A stretch of 64,000 bases of DNA from Pseudomonadota bacterium. Its GTDB lineage: Bacteria; Desulfobacterota; Desulfobacteria; Desulfobacterales; UBA11574. Shown here piece after piece: positions 1 through 10,306 of this stretch; the stretch's first letter is position 1; each line of letters opens with the position of its first letter. Under the pieces are notes generated by a model. The model was not told where the DNA came from, did not search any database, and saw only the letters and a list, made by a program, of their open reading frames with translations. The translations under genes and the position numbers were made by a program. The stretch spans positions 2,255 to 66,254 of the forward strand of contig JBDRPF010000021.1 of assembly GCA_043827325.1 (NCBI GenBank), in the 5' to 3' direction.

Positions 1-401
1 TCCCTGAAACGCCCATGATAATCGGTGCCGTGCTTTTGGTCGCAGTCATACGTCGTGCTGTAAACGGCATTGGCCGCGTCGAGTCCGACGCAGCGCTGAA
101 AACAGCAGGCCGTGTTGATCCCGCAGTAGCGCTGCATTTTCACCTTGTTCACCAGATCTTCGGTGCTCCGGTGAAGGTGGCTGAAACGGCTGACCACATC
201 ATTGCACAGGGAAGATTCCACACAGAAAAGATCCCTGGTTTCGGGGTCCAGTGCGGCGTCGTAGGTGAAGGCCACCGACGCCCGGGAGGGGGACACCAGT
301 TCGTGTTCCGCAAGGGCGTCGCGCTGCTGTCCCATGATGTGGGCCTCAAGATTCAGAGACCGCAGGGACTCGATATACTCTTTGCCGGATTTAAGCGTCA
401 T
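1..401 (-). CDS. 4-hydroxybutyryl-CoA dehydratase / vinylacetyl-CoA isomerase family protein, N-terminal part (gene runs off left edge)
   Basis: Absent from the ORF track because it is truncated. My own minus-strand translation from the ATG at 399-401 gives MTLKSGKEYIESLRSLNLEAHIMGQQ...STEDLVNKVKMQRYCGINTACCFQRCVGLDAANAVYSTTYDCDQKHGTDYHGRF. This matches the conserved AbfD-type N-terminus (KVKMQR..G....CFQRCVG.DA.NAV.STTY). The plus-strand ORF 15..521 is its antisense shadow. Confidence 0.75.
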   Translation of the reverse strand, partial: MTLKSGKEYIESLRSLNLEAHIMGQQRDALAEHELVSPSRASVAFTYDAALDPETRDLFCVESSLCNDVVSRFSHLHRSTEDLVNKVKMQRYCGINTACCFQRCVGLDAANAVYSTTYDCDQKHGTDYHGRFR

Positions 402-425
402 GGTTGCTCCTTTACCTGTTTCGGT

Positions 426-1283
426 TCAGCCGGACGCCCACCGGGCCATCGCTTCCCGGGCAAGGGCACGGCCCTGGTTGTACCCCTCGAGCAGCGCCTC
501 CCGGTTTCGACTCAGGCGTGACGGCCGGAAGTTTTCCGGCGGGCAGATCTCGATGATGGAAACGCCCGGAGGTGGTCGCCGGATGAGTGAAATTGCATCA
601 TTGTACTTCCCGACGCGCCCTGTCATCGCGGCCCTCAACGCCGGATAGTGCCGCAGGTTTAAATTCACGATCGGCTGCATCAGGTCTTTTTGTTTTTTGT
701 ATCGCTTCGGGCGCGAGCGCAGGACCATGATACGGCGGGCGGTGCGGAGTATCGCCGCGGCGACCGGGAGCCCGTCCGTCAACCCCCCGTCCGCCGTTTC
801 AACACCATCGACCCGGGGGAAATGTCTGTACAACAGGGGCAGCGCGCTGGAGGCTTTTAATACATTTTCCAGGTTTTCCGCACAGGTGTTTTTGTAAACC
901 GCCTTTCCCCCGTGAACATCGGTCAGGCACACGATAAACGGTTTTCCCCTGGCATAGACAACGGGCAGGTCGAGGCGGATCTCGGAAATGGTGATTTCCC
1001 ACAGCCAGTCCAGATCCATGAGATGGCCGCCGCGAAGAAATCTGTAAAAACTTATGAACTCGGGGCGCCGCGAGTAGTCCGCGTAGATCTTGAGGTTGCG
1101 TCCCGGCATTTCAGCCAGGTATGCCGCCAGGTTCCCCGCACCCGAAGAAACGCCGATATACATATCGAACGGATTGAATTTGTTTTCCAGAAAGACATCC
1201 AGTACACCGGTTGAAAAGACACCGCGCATGGCCCCGCCTTCAACGACAAGCGCGGTATATTTCGGTGCGGGCGACGCGGGCAT
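426..1283 (-). CDS. patatin-like phospholipase family protein
   Basis: 285 aa. Carries the oxyanion-hole motif VVEGGAMRG and the nucleophile-elbow motif GVSSGAG typical of the patatin domain. Confidence 0.85.
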   Translation of the reverse strand: MPASPAPKYTALVVEGGAMRGVFSTGVLDVFLENKFNPFDMYIGVSSGAGNLAAYLAEMPGRNLKIYADYSRRPEFISFYRFLRGGHLMDLDWLWEITISEIRLDLPVVYARGKPFIVCLTDVHGGKAVYKNTCAENLENVLKASSALPLLYRHFPRVDGVETADGGLTDGLPVAAAILRTARRIMVLRSRPKRYKKQKDLMQPIVNLNLRHYPALRAAMTGRVGKYNDAISLIRRPPPGVSIIEICPPENFRPSRLSRNREALLEGYNQGRALAREAMARWASG

Positions 1284-1316
1284 GCGGCCTTCTCCATTTC
1301 GATTTTATAAGCTGTC

Positions 1317-2213
1317 TTATTTAAAGAAAACGGGGATCACCAGCGCATCGTCGAAATCGGGCAGCCCCGTTGGGTTGTCTTTCAGGAGTATCAGGGTCCC
1401 CTTTTCACCGGAACCCGGCTTCTCGAATTCGACGGATCCTTCAAACCGAACAAATTCCCGGGTCATCCATTCGCCTTTCGCAATGCAAAAATGCTTCGCA
1501 ATAACCTTTCCGTTCGCGTCCGTGAGAACGATCGGAAAATCTCCATCGAAAAACCAGAAGCCCCGGGCGCGCCCCCGAATTTCAAGCGGCGAGGCGACAC
1601 GGGCGCCCGGTAACGGTGATTCCAGATAGATCAATTCACTTTTACCGTCAAGCACCTGGTCTTCTTTATCGAGGGGTTTTGTCTCTGTTAGTTGACCGCT
1701 TTCGAGAATCAGGTACATGGATTTTGCAGCAGAAGGTGACGCCGCCATGGGCTCTCCCGGTCCACGGTCGGCATAATCGGCCACAACCACGCCGTTTCGT
1801 ATCCCGACCGTTTGCGGCGCAACGCGATCGCCAAGCAGCACCGCGTTTGTCCCGTGATAGTCACCATTCACGTTGAGCGCGACCGCGACATAATAGAAAG
1901 TCCCGCTGCCGCCGGGATCGTGCGTAAGAAACATTGCCGCATCCGGGTCGCCGTCCCCGTCGATGTCGCCGTACACCGGGCTGCCGAAAACAGCGGTGAT
2001 GATTTTCGTTGCGGAACCGGGCGCGGCCTGCACCTCACGGAAGCCGTCAATCAACCGAATCGCCTCGCCCTCGACCGTGTAGCCGGCATTCATGGGATCG
2101 GCCGCGGGCCCGTTCAATCGACCTGCGGTATGTGTCCGGGCGCACGAAAATAAGACCATGGCAACGATCAACGCGACAATAATTTTCTGAGGGGATGTCA
2201 TGATATCTCGCAC
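1317..2213 (-). CDS. putative lipoprotein with calcium-binding-like GDIDGDGDPD loop and C-terminal Gmad2-like Ig domain
   Basis: 298 aa. Has a signal peptide plus lipobox-like LFSC. The C-terminal SPLEIRGRARGFWFFDGDFPIVLTDANGKVI segment resembles Gmad2 immunoglobulin-like domains. Function is unknown. Confidence 0.55.
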   Translation of the reverse strand: MRDIMTSPQKIIVALIVAMVLFSCARTHTAGRLNGPAADPMNAGYTVEGEAIRLIDGFREVQAAPGSATKIITAVFGSPVYGDIDGDGDPDAAMFLTHDPGGSGTFYYVAVALNVNGDYHGTNAVLLGDRVAPQTVGIRNGVVVADYADRGPGEPMAASPSAAKSMYLILESGQLTETKPLDKEDQVLDGKSELIYLESPLPGARVASPLEIRGRARGFWFFDGDFPIVLTDANGKVIAKHFCIAKGEWMTREFVRFEGSVEFEKPGSGEKGTLILLKDNPTGLPDFDDALVIPVFFK

Positions 2214-2308
2214 GTAGTGACACGCAGTGAAGCGTCAGCGCTAACCTTCAGCGCTATCCGGGTCCTCCGCCACAGGCTGTGGGCTCAATGTACAGCTACA
2301 TTGTACAA

Positions 2309-2716
2309 CTACATTTCCGGCCAGTTATACCGCTTGATCGTCACGTTGGGGTTTTGAATCAACTGGTCGAATTTTTTCCTGAGCCAGCGTTTGAAGTAAA
2401 ATCGGCTTGTCGGGTAAAGCAGGAGAAGACCGACGATGTCCGTGAGAAGACCCGGGGTGAGCAGCAAGATGCCGGCAACGAAGATGATCACCGCGTCGAT
2501 GAGATCCTCGGCCGGCATGATCCCCTGCTCAATCTGGGACCGGACCCGGAGCATGGTTTGCATCCCCTGCATCCGGGCGAGGTAGGCCCCCACAAAACCG
2601 GTCAGGGCAACCAGTGCCAGGGTGTTCAGCACGCCCACGACCGTTCCGATTTTGATGAGCAGATAGAGTTCCACCAGGGGAATCAGCGTAAATGCGAGAA
2701 AAAGTTTCAGGAGCAT
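2309..2716 (-). CDS. fxsA: FxsA family membrane protein
   Basis: 135 aa. N-terminus LIPLVELYLLIKIGTVVG..L.L.ALTGFVGAYLAR is typical of FxsA. Confidence 0.8.
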   Translation of the reverse strand: MLLKLFLAFTLIPLVELYLLIKIGTVVGVLNTLALVALTGFVGAYLARMQGMQTMLRVRSQIEQGIMPAEDLIDAVIIFVAGILLLTPGLLTDIVGLLLLYPTSRFYFKRWLRKKFDQLIQNPNVTIKRYNWPEM

Positions 2717-2753
2717 GGGATGTTTTCTTTCCCTTTTTTATAACAAAATATTT

Positions 2754-4346
2754 TCATGAGAGGTGCACCTGCCGCACCGTGAGGATATTGGGCAGTGACA
2801 GCAGCCTTTCAATGACATGCTCATCTGCCGGCGTGTCGATGTTGACCAGGCAAACGGCCCTGTCTTCGCGCCTTCCCAGCTGGAATCGACCGATGTTGAT
2901 GTTGTGCTGTCCAAGGGTCGTGCCCACATTGCCGATGACCCCCGGCCGGTCGACATTTTCAATGACGATCATCCATCCTTCCGGGATGGCGTCCAGATAG
3001 ACCTCTCCGATTCTGACAATCCTGGGATACTCCTTCTCAAAAATGGTCCCCCAGATTTCGTCGGGTTCCCCCGGGTGGTCCTCCAGCTTTACTTTGATCA
3101 AACTGGAAAAATGATCCTTTTCCTGGCTTCGGGTCTCGTTGACATGGATGCCCTTTTCCCTGGCCAGGGCCGGGGCGTTCACGTAGTTCACCGGCGTGTC
3201 TGAAAAAGAACCGAGAAGCCCTTTCAGAACGGCATGGGTCAGGGGACGGGTGTCGAGCACGGCCACGTCGCCGCTGTAGCTTATGGTGATGTCGTGAATT
3301 TTTCTGACGAGCTGTCCCATCAACGACCCCATCTTCTCTGCCAGGTCGAGGTACAGGCGAAGCTGATCCATAACTTCCATGGACAGCGACGGAAAATTTA
3401 CGGCATTGGCAATGATGCCTTCGATGAGATAACCGGCCATCTGTTTTGCGATCATCTCCGCCACCTTGAGCTGGGCCTCGCCGGTACTGGCGCCTAAATG
3501 CGGGGTAAAGATGACATTTGGAAGCTGAAGTATGGGCAGTGCCGGGTCAGGCGGCTCCTGGGGAAAAACATCCAGTGCGGCGCCCGCGACATGTCCGCTC
3601 AGGATCGCCGCGTGAAGGTCATCGAGATTGACGATTTCACCCCTGGCGCAATTTATGATTCTGACACCCGGTTTCATTTTTTGAATGGCCGACGCGTCGA
3701 TCATGCCTACCGTCTCTTTCAAGCGCGGCACGTGAAGGCTGATCAGGTCCGAGCACGCCAAAAGATCGTCCAGGGGAAGCAGTTCAACCTCAAGCGCCTT
3801 TGCCGCTTCCTGGCTCACAAAAGGATCTGAAGCCACCACATTCATTTTAAGACCCTTTGCACGGGACGCCACCACCCGGCCAATATGGCCCAGACCGACG
3901 ATCCCCAGCGTTTTCCCGGTGATCTCTATGCCTGCCAGCTTCTTTTTCTCCCATTTTCCCTCGCGAATGGATGCCGTTCCCTGGGGGATGTTTCTTGCCA
4001 GGGCCAGCATGAGGGATATGGCATGTTCGGCCGTCGTTACCGTATTGCCGTCCGGCGTGTTCATTACGACGACCCCCTGTTTTGTCGCGGCAGGAACGTC
4101 GATATTGTCCACACCGATGCCGGCTCGCCCGATCACCTTGAGGTTCCGGGCATTTGCCAGAACCTGCTCCGTAACCCGGGTCCCACTTCTTATGGCAAGG
4201 CCGTGAAACTCACCGATAATCCCGGACAACACCTTCGGGTCGTTTGCGGCTTTGTCATTGTCGACAACAACCTCGATCCGGCCGGTTGCCTTGAGAACCT
4301 CCGCCGCCACCGGGGACATATCATCCCTTATCATGATCTTGAACAT
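2754..4346 (-). CDS. serA: D-3-phosphoglycerate dehydrogenase (long form with ACT domain)
   Basis: 530 aa. Contains the NAD-binding motif GIVGLGHIGRVVA, a 2-hydroxyacid dehydrogenase catalytic core and a C-terminal ACT-like regulatory region. Confidence 0.93.
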   Translation of the reverse strand: MFKIMIRDDMSPVAAEVLKATGRIEVVVDNDKAANDPKVLSGIIGEFHGLAIRSGTRVTEQVLANARNLKVIGRAGIGVDNIDVPAATKQGVVVMNTPDGNTVTTAEHAISLMLALARNIPQGTASIREGKWEKKKLAGIEITGKTLGIVGLGHIGRVVASRAKGLKMNVVASDPFVSQEAAKALEVELLPLDDLLACSDLISLHVPRLKETVGMIDASAIQKMKPGVRIINCARGEIVNLDDLHAAILSGHVAGAALDVFPQEPPDPALPILQLPNVIFTPHLGASTGEAQLKVAEMIAKQMAGYLIEGIIANAVNFPSLSMEVMDQLRLYLDLAEKMGSLMGQLVRKIHDITISYSGDVAVLDTRPLTHAVLKGLLGSFSDTPVNYVNAPALAREKGIHVNETRSQEKDHFSSLIKVKLEDHPGEPDEIWGTIFEKEYPRIVRIGEVYLDAIPEGWMIVIENVDRPGVIGNVGTTLGQHNINIGRFQLGRREDRAVCLVNIDTPADEHVIERLLSLPNILTVRQVHLS

Positions 4347-4434
4347 CGGATGCCTCTGTTAGCTCCGTGAAAAATTATTAAAAAACCCTTTGCGGGGTCG
4401 TTATCACGCCACGCCTCTTCGGAGCGGCAGTTGA

Positions 4435-5616
4435 CTATGATGACGAGACGGAAGCGGATGAATTCCAGAAGGGAGACATGTCCCGCAACCGCTCGATAAT
4501 CGGCGGAAGTTTTTCAATGATAACGTCGATTTCTTCTTCCGTATTGAAAACGCTGAGGCTGAAACGGATCGAACCGTGCGCCGAAGTAAACGGGACCCCC
4601 ATTGCGCGCAAGACGTGAGACGGCTCAAGGGATCCGGACGTACATGCGGAACCGGATGAAGCACAGATGCCGAATTCATTCAGCATCAGGAGAATGGCTT
4701 CACCTTCGACGCAATCGAAGCCGATGCTGGTCGTGTTCGGGAGGCGGTGATCCCTGTCTCCGTTGACCGTGGCCTGGGGAATACGTTTCAACAGCTCGTT
4801 TTCCAGTTTGTCCCGCAGGTTTTTAACCCGTGTGTTTTCCTCCTCGAGGTGATCCTCTGAAAATTTACTCGCTTTTCCGAGGCCGATAATAGCAGGAACG
4901 TTTTCCGTGCCTCCCCTTCGGCCGCCTTCCTGGTGCCCGCCGATCATAAAAGGCGAAAATTTGGTCCGTTTGCGCACATACAATGCGCCGATGCCTTTGG
5001 GGCCATGGAGCTTGTGCCCCGAGAGGGAAAGCATGTCAACACCGACCTTCGCCATGTCTATGGGTATCTTTCCAACAGCCTGGACGGCATCGGTGTGGAA
5101 AACAATGCCCCGTTTCTTTACGGCGCGTGATATTTCTTCAATGGGAAAAATTACGCCGGATTCATTGTTTGCCCACATGACACTGACAATGGCGGTGTCA
5201 TCGCTCAGATTGCTGTACAGATAATCCAGGTCGAGATTCCCCTTTCTGTCCACGGGGACGAATGTCACGCGATAACCCTTTTTCGAAAGATGTTCGCACA
5301 GGTTCTTGATGGCAGGGTGTTCGACACGGGTTGTCACAATATGCCTCTTTTCGGGATTCGACGCAATTGCCGCCCGGATCGCCGTGCTGTCGCTTTCCGT
5401 ACCGCAACTGGTAAACACGATCTCCTCGGGGGAAGCACCCAGAAGCGCGGCGACTTGGTCGCGTGCTTTCCTTATTTTCCGGCCCACATTTCCGCCAAAA
5501 GAGTGCATGCTGGAAGGGTTTCCATAAAAGTCGGAAAAATAGGGAAGCATGACTTCCAAAACTTCAGGCGCAACCTTCGTCGTTGCGTTATTGTCAACAT
5601 AAACCTCTTTCATCAC
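4435..5616 (-). CDS. nifS: cysteine desulfurase NifS
   Basis: 393 aa. Class V aminotransferase with the PLP lysine motif SLSGHKLHGPKG and the active-site loop SSGSACTSG. Overlaps nifU by 4 nt. Confidence 0.9.
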   Translation of the reverse strand: MMKEVYVDNNATTKVAPEVLEVMLPYFSDFYGNPSSMHSFGGNVGRKIRKARDQVAALLGASPEEIVFTSCGTESDSTAIRAAIASNPEKRHIVTTRVEHPAIKNLCEHLSKKGYRVTFVPVDRKGNLDLDYLYSNLSDDTAIVSVMWANNESGVIFPIEEISRAVKKRGIVFHTDAVQAVGKIPIDMAKVGVDMLSLSGHKLHGPKGIGALYVRKRTKFSPFMIGGHQEGGRRGGTENVPAIIGLGKASKFSEDHLEEENTRVKNLRDKLENELLKRIPQATVNGDRDHRLPNTTSIGFDCVEGEAILLMLNEFGICASSGSACTSGSLEPSHVLRAMGVPFTSAHGSIRFSLSVFNTEEEIDVIIEKLPPIIERLRDMSPFWNSSASVSSS

Positions 5617-6461
5617 TGCACCTCCTGCACAACGAGCTCGGGTGTCACAAACTCACGCAGCTTGGCTTCTACATAATTTTTCAGCGTGATTTCGGATTTG
5701 GCGCAGGTGGCACACATGCCGCGCATTCTCACAAAGACCCTGTCCCCGTCAAAATCAACGAGTTCGATATCGCCGCCATCCTTTTTCAACGCGGGTTGAA
5801 TCTCTCGCTTCAGTGTCTCTTCAATCATCTTGATTTTTTGGATGTTCGTTAATTTCACAGGCTTTATCTTCAGCAGCCGCTGTCTGCCCAGCGTCGCGTC
5901 GATGATCTCCTCTATTTTTTCATGGCAGTTGCCGCACCCGCCGCCGGCTTTGATATAATCCGTCACGTCCTCAATTGTTGTCAGGTTATTCTCCATGACC
6001 ACCCGTTCGATTTCACGGTCGGTTACCCCGAAACACTCACAGACGATCTCCCCTTCAACCTTTTTCTCCACTGCACCCCGGTAATTGCCGATCGCCTTCT
6101 CGAGAGCATCCCGGCCCATCACCGAGCAATGCATCTTTTCCTTTGGGAGACCGCCGAGATACTCCGCGATGTCTTCATTCGATATTTTTTGGGCTTCGTC
6201 CAGCGAAAGCCCTTTTACCATTTCAGTGAGCGCCGAGGAGGAGGCGATGGCGCTTGCGCATCCAAATGTCTGAAACTTGGCCTCAACGATTTTTTCATTT
6301 TCATCGAGTTTTAAGAACAGTGTCAGGGCGTCTCCGCATGCCAGAGATCCAACTTCTCCAACACCGTCCGCATCTTCAATCACACCGACATTTCGCGGAT
6401 TGAGGAAGTGTTCTTTTACCTTCTCTGTATATTCCCACATGGTATCCTCCTGTATTTTCAA
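5613..6461 (-). CDS. nifU: Fe-S cluster assembly scaffold NifU (three-domain form)
   Basis: 282 aa. N-terminal IscU-like domain (GSLACGDA, FQTFGCASAIASS), central CxxC..GGCGNC module, and C-terminal Nfu domain (GMCATC). Confidence 0.9.
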   Translation of the reverse strand: MKIQEDTMWEYTEKVKEHFLNPRNVGVIEDADGVGEVGSLACGDALTLFLKLDENEKIVEAKFQTFGCASAIASSSALTEMVKGLSLDEAQKISNEDIAEYLGGLPKEKMHCSVMGRDALEKAIGNYRGAVEKKVEGEIVCECFGVTDREIERVVMENNLTTIEDVTDYIKAGGGCGNCHEKIEEIIDATLGRQRLLKIKPVKLTNIQKIKMIEETLKREIQPALKKDGGDIELVDFDGDRVFVRMRGMCATCAKSEITLKNYVEAKLREFVTPELVVQEVQ

Positions 6462-6711
6462 CCTGTGTTTTCAAGTAGACAAATGGCAACGAATGCTGTC
6501 TGTCGAGTTGTATGGATTTAAGTTAATCATTTTATTGCGAAATGGAAAGGGGCGCTTATCAAAAAAGAGGGGCCCGCAGCCCGGCAGGTACCAGCATGTA
6601 TGGCGGTTTCCATAAATTGCCGATCAAACCGAAATTGTCCGGCCGGCAAAAAAGGAACGTTATTTTTAGAACCGCTTCAGCGGGTAAAACAATCATGAAA
6701 CACGCCCCGGG

Positions 6712-7917
6712 TTACCCGGGTTTCAGCTCGATCTTCAACCGACTCTGCGACACCTCGTAAATATTGATACCGATCGATTCCAGGTTTTTCAACATCAAGG
6801 CATCTGCCAGATCTTTGCCGCTCCCTTCAAAATCGATAAGGAGGGTCGCCTCATTCGACTTCATCTCCTTAATCTGTATCTCTTTGACACCGGGAATCCC
6901 GCTGATCAGCCTTCGAAACTTTACAAAGCTGGCCAGGTTCCCGGTTCCCTCTACCATGATCTCGAGAAGATCCGATTGCTCGGCCCGTTTCTGCCACGCG
7001 CCCGTGATTCGAGAGGCAAGATCCTCGCCTGCAAGGGCCCCGGCCATCTTCAACGCTTCCCTGCTGCCGGAAATTTCATCCGTTCCCGTGGTTATCGCGG
7101 TCTGGGTTGCCGCAGCGATTTCTTCTCCGGTATCTGTTCTCAACGCCCGAACCGTGACAACGCTCTTGAATGACCGTATGTTTTCTCCCATCACGCTTTG
7201 AGTTCTATAGGAAATCGACTTTCCGATGATCACAAGGTCCGCCTGCAACTGCAAACCGAGGCTGACGGCCGTGCCGTCTTCCGGTTCCGTTTTGTAAGGT
7301 TCAAGTGTCATTCCCGTATCTTGAAAAATACCAACCGGGTCGATAACGGTAAATCCCTTTGCGCTGACGGCTCCGGACATTGCGATTTCTGAAAAGGATT
7401 CAGGGAAGTTTGAATCTTCTCCCGGCCAGAATGTCGGCACGATATCGTCCAGGCGCTGCTCCGAGATGAAAAACAAAACTCTGGGCATCTCCTTCATGTC
7501 GACCATAATCCCGGCACTCAACAGTTGCTGTTCTATTTTGTCCACGAATACCGTCGCCTGAACAATGACCCGGTATTCATTACCGGATTTTAACGACGTC
7601 AGCACCTTGTAGTCCCGCACAAACTCGCCGGTTCGGGTGTAAAGCGTATCATTGAGTGTCTGAAAGTTCCGGACTAAAGCGTCCAGGGGCAAAAGATCCG
7701 CGGCAATGCGCGCAACTGCGGAAACCAGGCTGTTCGCAATGGACTCATCTTTTGCCGCCGGAATGTCATCGCCGTGGACGACACTTGTTCCGATGACTTC
7801 TACCGTTTTAATCCGAGCCGCTTCTTCAGCCCGCACCAATGAGGAAAACATCGCGAAAATTGAGAGAATAATGATGACAACCCGCACGCGTTTCATGTTG
7901 GCCGCTGTCACAGACAT
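6712..7917 (-). CDS. exported protein of unknown function (FlgT_N/LPP20-like repeats possible)
   Basis: 401 aa with a clear N-terminal signal peptide (VVIIILSIFAMFSSLVRAEE). I recognise no catalytic motifs. Confidence 0.6.
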   Translation of the reverse strand: MSVTAANMKRVRVVIIILSIFAMFSSLVRAEEAARIKTVEVIGTSVVHGDDIPAAKDESIANSLVSAVARIAADLLPLDALVRNFQTLNDTLYTRTGEFVRDYKVLTSLKSGNEYRVIVQATVFVDKIEQQLLSAGIMVDMKEMPRVLFFISEQRLDDIVPTFWPGEDSNFPESFSEIAMSGAVSAKGFTVIDPVGIFQDTGMTLEPYKTEPEDGTAVSLGLQLQADLVIIGKSISYRTQSVMGENIRSFKSVVTVRALRTDTGEEIAAATQTAITTGTDEISGSREALKMAGALAGEDLASRITGAWQKRAEQSDLLEIMVEGTGNLASFVKFRRLISGIPGVKEIQIKEMKSNEATLLIDFEGSGKDLADALMLKNLESIGINIYEVSQSRLKIELKPG

Positions 7918-7994
7918 ATTTTTTTCACCCCGACATGTGTAAAAGCTTTCTCAAAAAGGTTTTTACTATAAATTAACACTAGCGTATAGCACAT

Positions 7995-8975
7995 TTATGC
8001 CCTCCGGGCTACCGCATAATCCGCAAGCATAAAGAGGATTTCCCTTGTGGGTGACGGGCTAAAAATTGAAAGCGCGCCCTTTGCCTTTTCAACATGATTT
8101 TTCGCCAGATTGGTTGTATAGGTCAATCCGCCGTATTTTTTCAACAGGCCGATCAGTTTTTCAAAATCACCCCGGGTAAAGTTGGTATCTTTGATTATTT
8201 TAATTATAAAATCAAGATCTTTTGAGGATGCCGCCTGTAAGGCATATATAACAGGCAGGGTCACCTTGCCCTCTTTCAGGTCTGCTCCCACGGCTTTTCC
8301 CAGGGCACCGGTATCCATTGTGTAGTCCAGAAGGTCATCTGCCATCTGGAAAGCAATCCCCAGATTGTAACCGTATTTCGAAAGGGCGGATTCCGCTGCT
8401 TCCGGAGAACCCGCCATTATCGCACTGACGCGGCATGCGCCCTGAAAAAGAAAAGCGGTCTTGCGCTGAATAATCTCCATGTATTCCGCTTCCGAAAGGT
8501 CGAGGGCCCCCTTTCTCGATAGCTGATGTATCTCGCCCTGGGACATGTTTTCCGTAATTTCTGCAATTATTTTGATGATTCCGGTGAGCCCGGTTTCGGC
8601 TGCGATCGAAAGGGACCGTGCCAGGAGGAAGTCCCCGACAAGGACCGCCGTCGGAATGTCCCACACGGAATGCGCAACCGGTTTGCCTCTGCGCAGCAGG
8701 GCGCCGTCCACAAGATCGTCGTGGAGCAGTGTGGCGGCATGCAGATATTCAAATACGACGGACAACGTTTTTTCATAATTCCCGCTGTAACCGCACAGTC
8801 TTGCGGATAAAACCGTAAGCAAAGGCCTCAATCGCTTGCCGCCGCTGAATAATATGTGACCGGCAACCCTGGACACCAGATCAAGATAAGGGTTCAAGTT
8901 TTGAGCGAGTTCGAGTTCGATATCCTCAAGTTCTCCGCTTACTGCGGCAATTATCTTGTGCTTCAGGTCACTCAT
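7995..8975 (-). CDS. ispB: polyprenyl diphosphate synthase (IspB-like, trans-type)
   Basis: 326 aa. First and second Asp-rich motifs LLHDDLVD and MADDLLD. Confidence 0.88.
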   Translation of the reverse strand: MSDLKHKIIAAVSGELEDIELELAQNLNPYLDLVSRVAGHILFSGGKRLRPLLTVLSARLCGYSGNYEKTLSVVFEYLHAATLLHDDLVDGALLRRGKPVAHSVWDIPTAVLVGDFLLARSLSIAAETGLTGIIKIIAEITENMSQGEIHQLSRKGALDLSEAEYMEIIQRKTAFLFQGACRVSAIMAGSPEAAESALSKYGYNLGIAFQMADDLLDYTMDTGALGKAVGADLKEGKVTLPVIYALQAASSKDLDFIIKIIKDTNFTRGDFEKLIGLLKKYGGLTYTTNLAKNHVEKAKGALSIFSPSPTREILFMLADYAVARRA

Positions 8976-10288
8976 ACGGGTTCTCCGATAAGGTCATACG
9001 CCAGTGCCTCTGTGATTCTGACGCCGGCAAATTCGCCGATCTTCAATTTGCCGGCATGAACATACGTCACGCCATCCACCTCGGGAGCCTGAAAAAAAGT
9101 GCGACCTGTGAAAACGTTGTCTTCTGTTGCCGCTTCCACCAAAACTTGAAGCGCTTTGCCGATGTGCCGTTGGTTGTTCTCCCGGGATATTTCCAGCTGA
9201 CGGGCCATGATCAGGTCGGCTCTGCCCTTTGCAACATCATCCGGGACGCGTCCGGACAGATGGTGGGACGGAAGATCGTTGAAATCGGAATACACAAAAA
9301 CCCCGAGATGGTCAAAGCGGACAGTCTCGACGCCGGCTAAAAGCAGTTCAAAGTCCGCATCGGTTTCTCCGGGGAACCCGGTCATTACGGTGGTTCGAAG
9401 CGACGCATCGGGGATCAGCGACCGGATTTTGTCAAAGAGTCTCAAAACATCGTTTCTCGAATAATTTCGACCCATCCGTTTTAAAATTTTATCACTGAAA
9501 TGTTGAACCGGAATATCAAAATATGAACAGATATTAGGGCGTACCGCCACTGAAGAGATACTTTTCTCATCCATGCTTTCCGGATGTCCGTAAAGAAATC
9601 TCACCCGGATGGTGTCTGACATTTCCGAAATTTTCTCGAGCAAGCCGCCGAGATCGATGGGCGGCGACAGGTCTTTGCCATAGGATGTCGTATCCTGGGC
9701 CACAAGTATGAGTTCTTTTACGTTCGAGTCAATCAGCAAACGGGCTTCAGCGGTGATGTCCTCCGCCGGTCTGCTCTTTTGCTTACCGCGAAGCTTCGGG
9801 ATGATACAATAGGTGCATCGCCTGCTGCACCCCTCCGCGACCTTGAGGTAGGCCATGTGGGGGAATGTTTGTATTCGCAGAACGTTTTTGGGGGGATGCG
9901 ATGTCAAATCCGGATTCGGCAGGACACACCTCGGCTGATCCGGAGCATCAGTCACAGCCTGTACAACCCTGTCAAAAGCACCGGTGCCTAAAAAGACGTC
10001 GACTTCGGGCAGGGCCTGCACGATCTCTTCTCTGAAGCGTTCGGGCAGGCATCCGGCAACGATCAGGCGCTTGCAGATACCGGTGTGTTTGAACTTTGCC
10101 AGTTCCAGAATCGTGTCGATGGATTCATTTATCGCGTCCTCGACAAAGCTGCAGGTATTCACAACGATGGCTTCCGCGTTGTCGGGTTCGGGAAGAATGG
10201 TCCAACCGGCCGCCTTCAACCGGCCCAGCATCATCTCGCTGTCAACAAGATTTTTAGAACAACCCAGGCTCACCAGGTGCAGTTTCAT
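8972..10288 (-). CDS. rimO: ribosomal protein S12 methylthiotransferase RimO
   Basis: 438 aa. N-terminus MKLHLVSLGCSKNLVDSE, radical-SAM motif CSRRCTYC and a C-terminal TRAM domain. Confidence 0.9.
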   Translation of the reverse strand: MKLHLVSLGCSKNLVDSEMMLGRLKAAGWTILPEPDNAEAIVVNTCSFVEDAINESIDTILELAKFKHTGICKRLIVAGCLPERFREEIVQALPEVDVFLGTGAFDRVVQAVTDAPDQPRCVLPNPDLTSHPPKNVLRIQTFPHMAYLKVAEGCSRRCTYCIIPKLRGKQKSRPAEDITAEARLLIDSNVKELILVAQDTTSYGKDLSPPIDLGGLLEKISEMSDTIRVRFLYGHPESMDEKSISSVAVRPNICSYFDIPVQHFSDKILKRMGRNYSRNDVLRLFDKIRSLIPDASLRTTVMTGFPGETDADFELLLAGVETVRFDHLGVFVYSDFNDLPSHHLSGRVPDDVAKGRADLIMARQLEISRENNQRHIGKALQVLVEAATEDNVFTGRTFFQAPEVDGVTYVHAGKLKIGEFAGVRITEALAYDLIGEPV

Positions 10289-10306
10289 ATTGAGAAAGCA
10301 GGATTG

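Noticed and set aside
6462-6711. TGGCAA-N5-GCTG near 6486-6500, considered as a sigma-54 promoter for nifUS.
   Set aside because: It is on the wrong strand for the minus-strand nifU, and the -12 element does not match TTGC. No supported promoter call is made.
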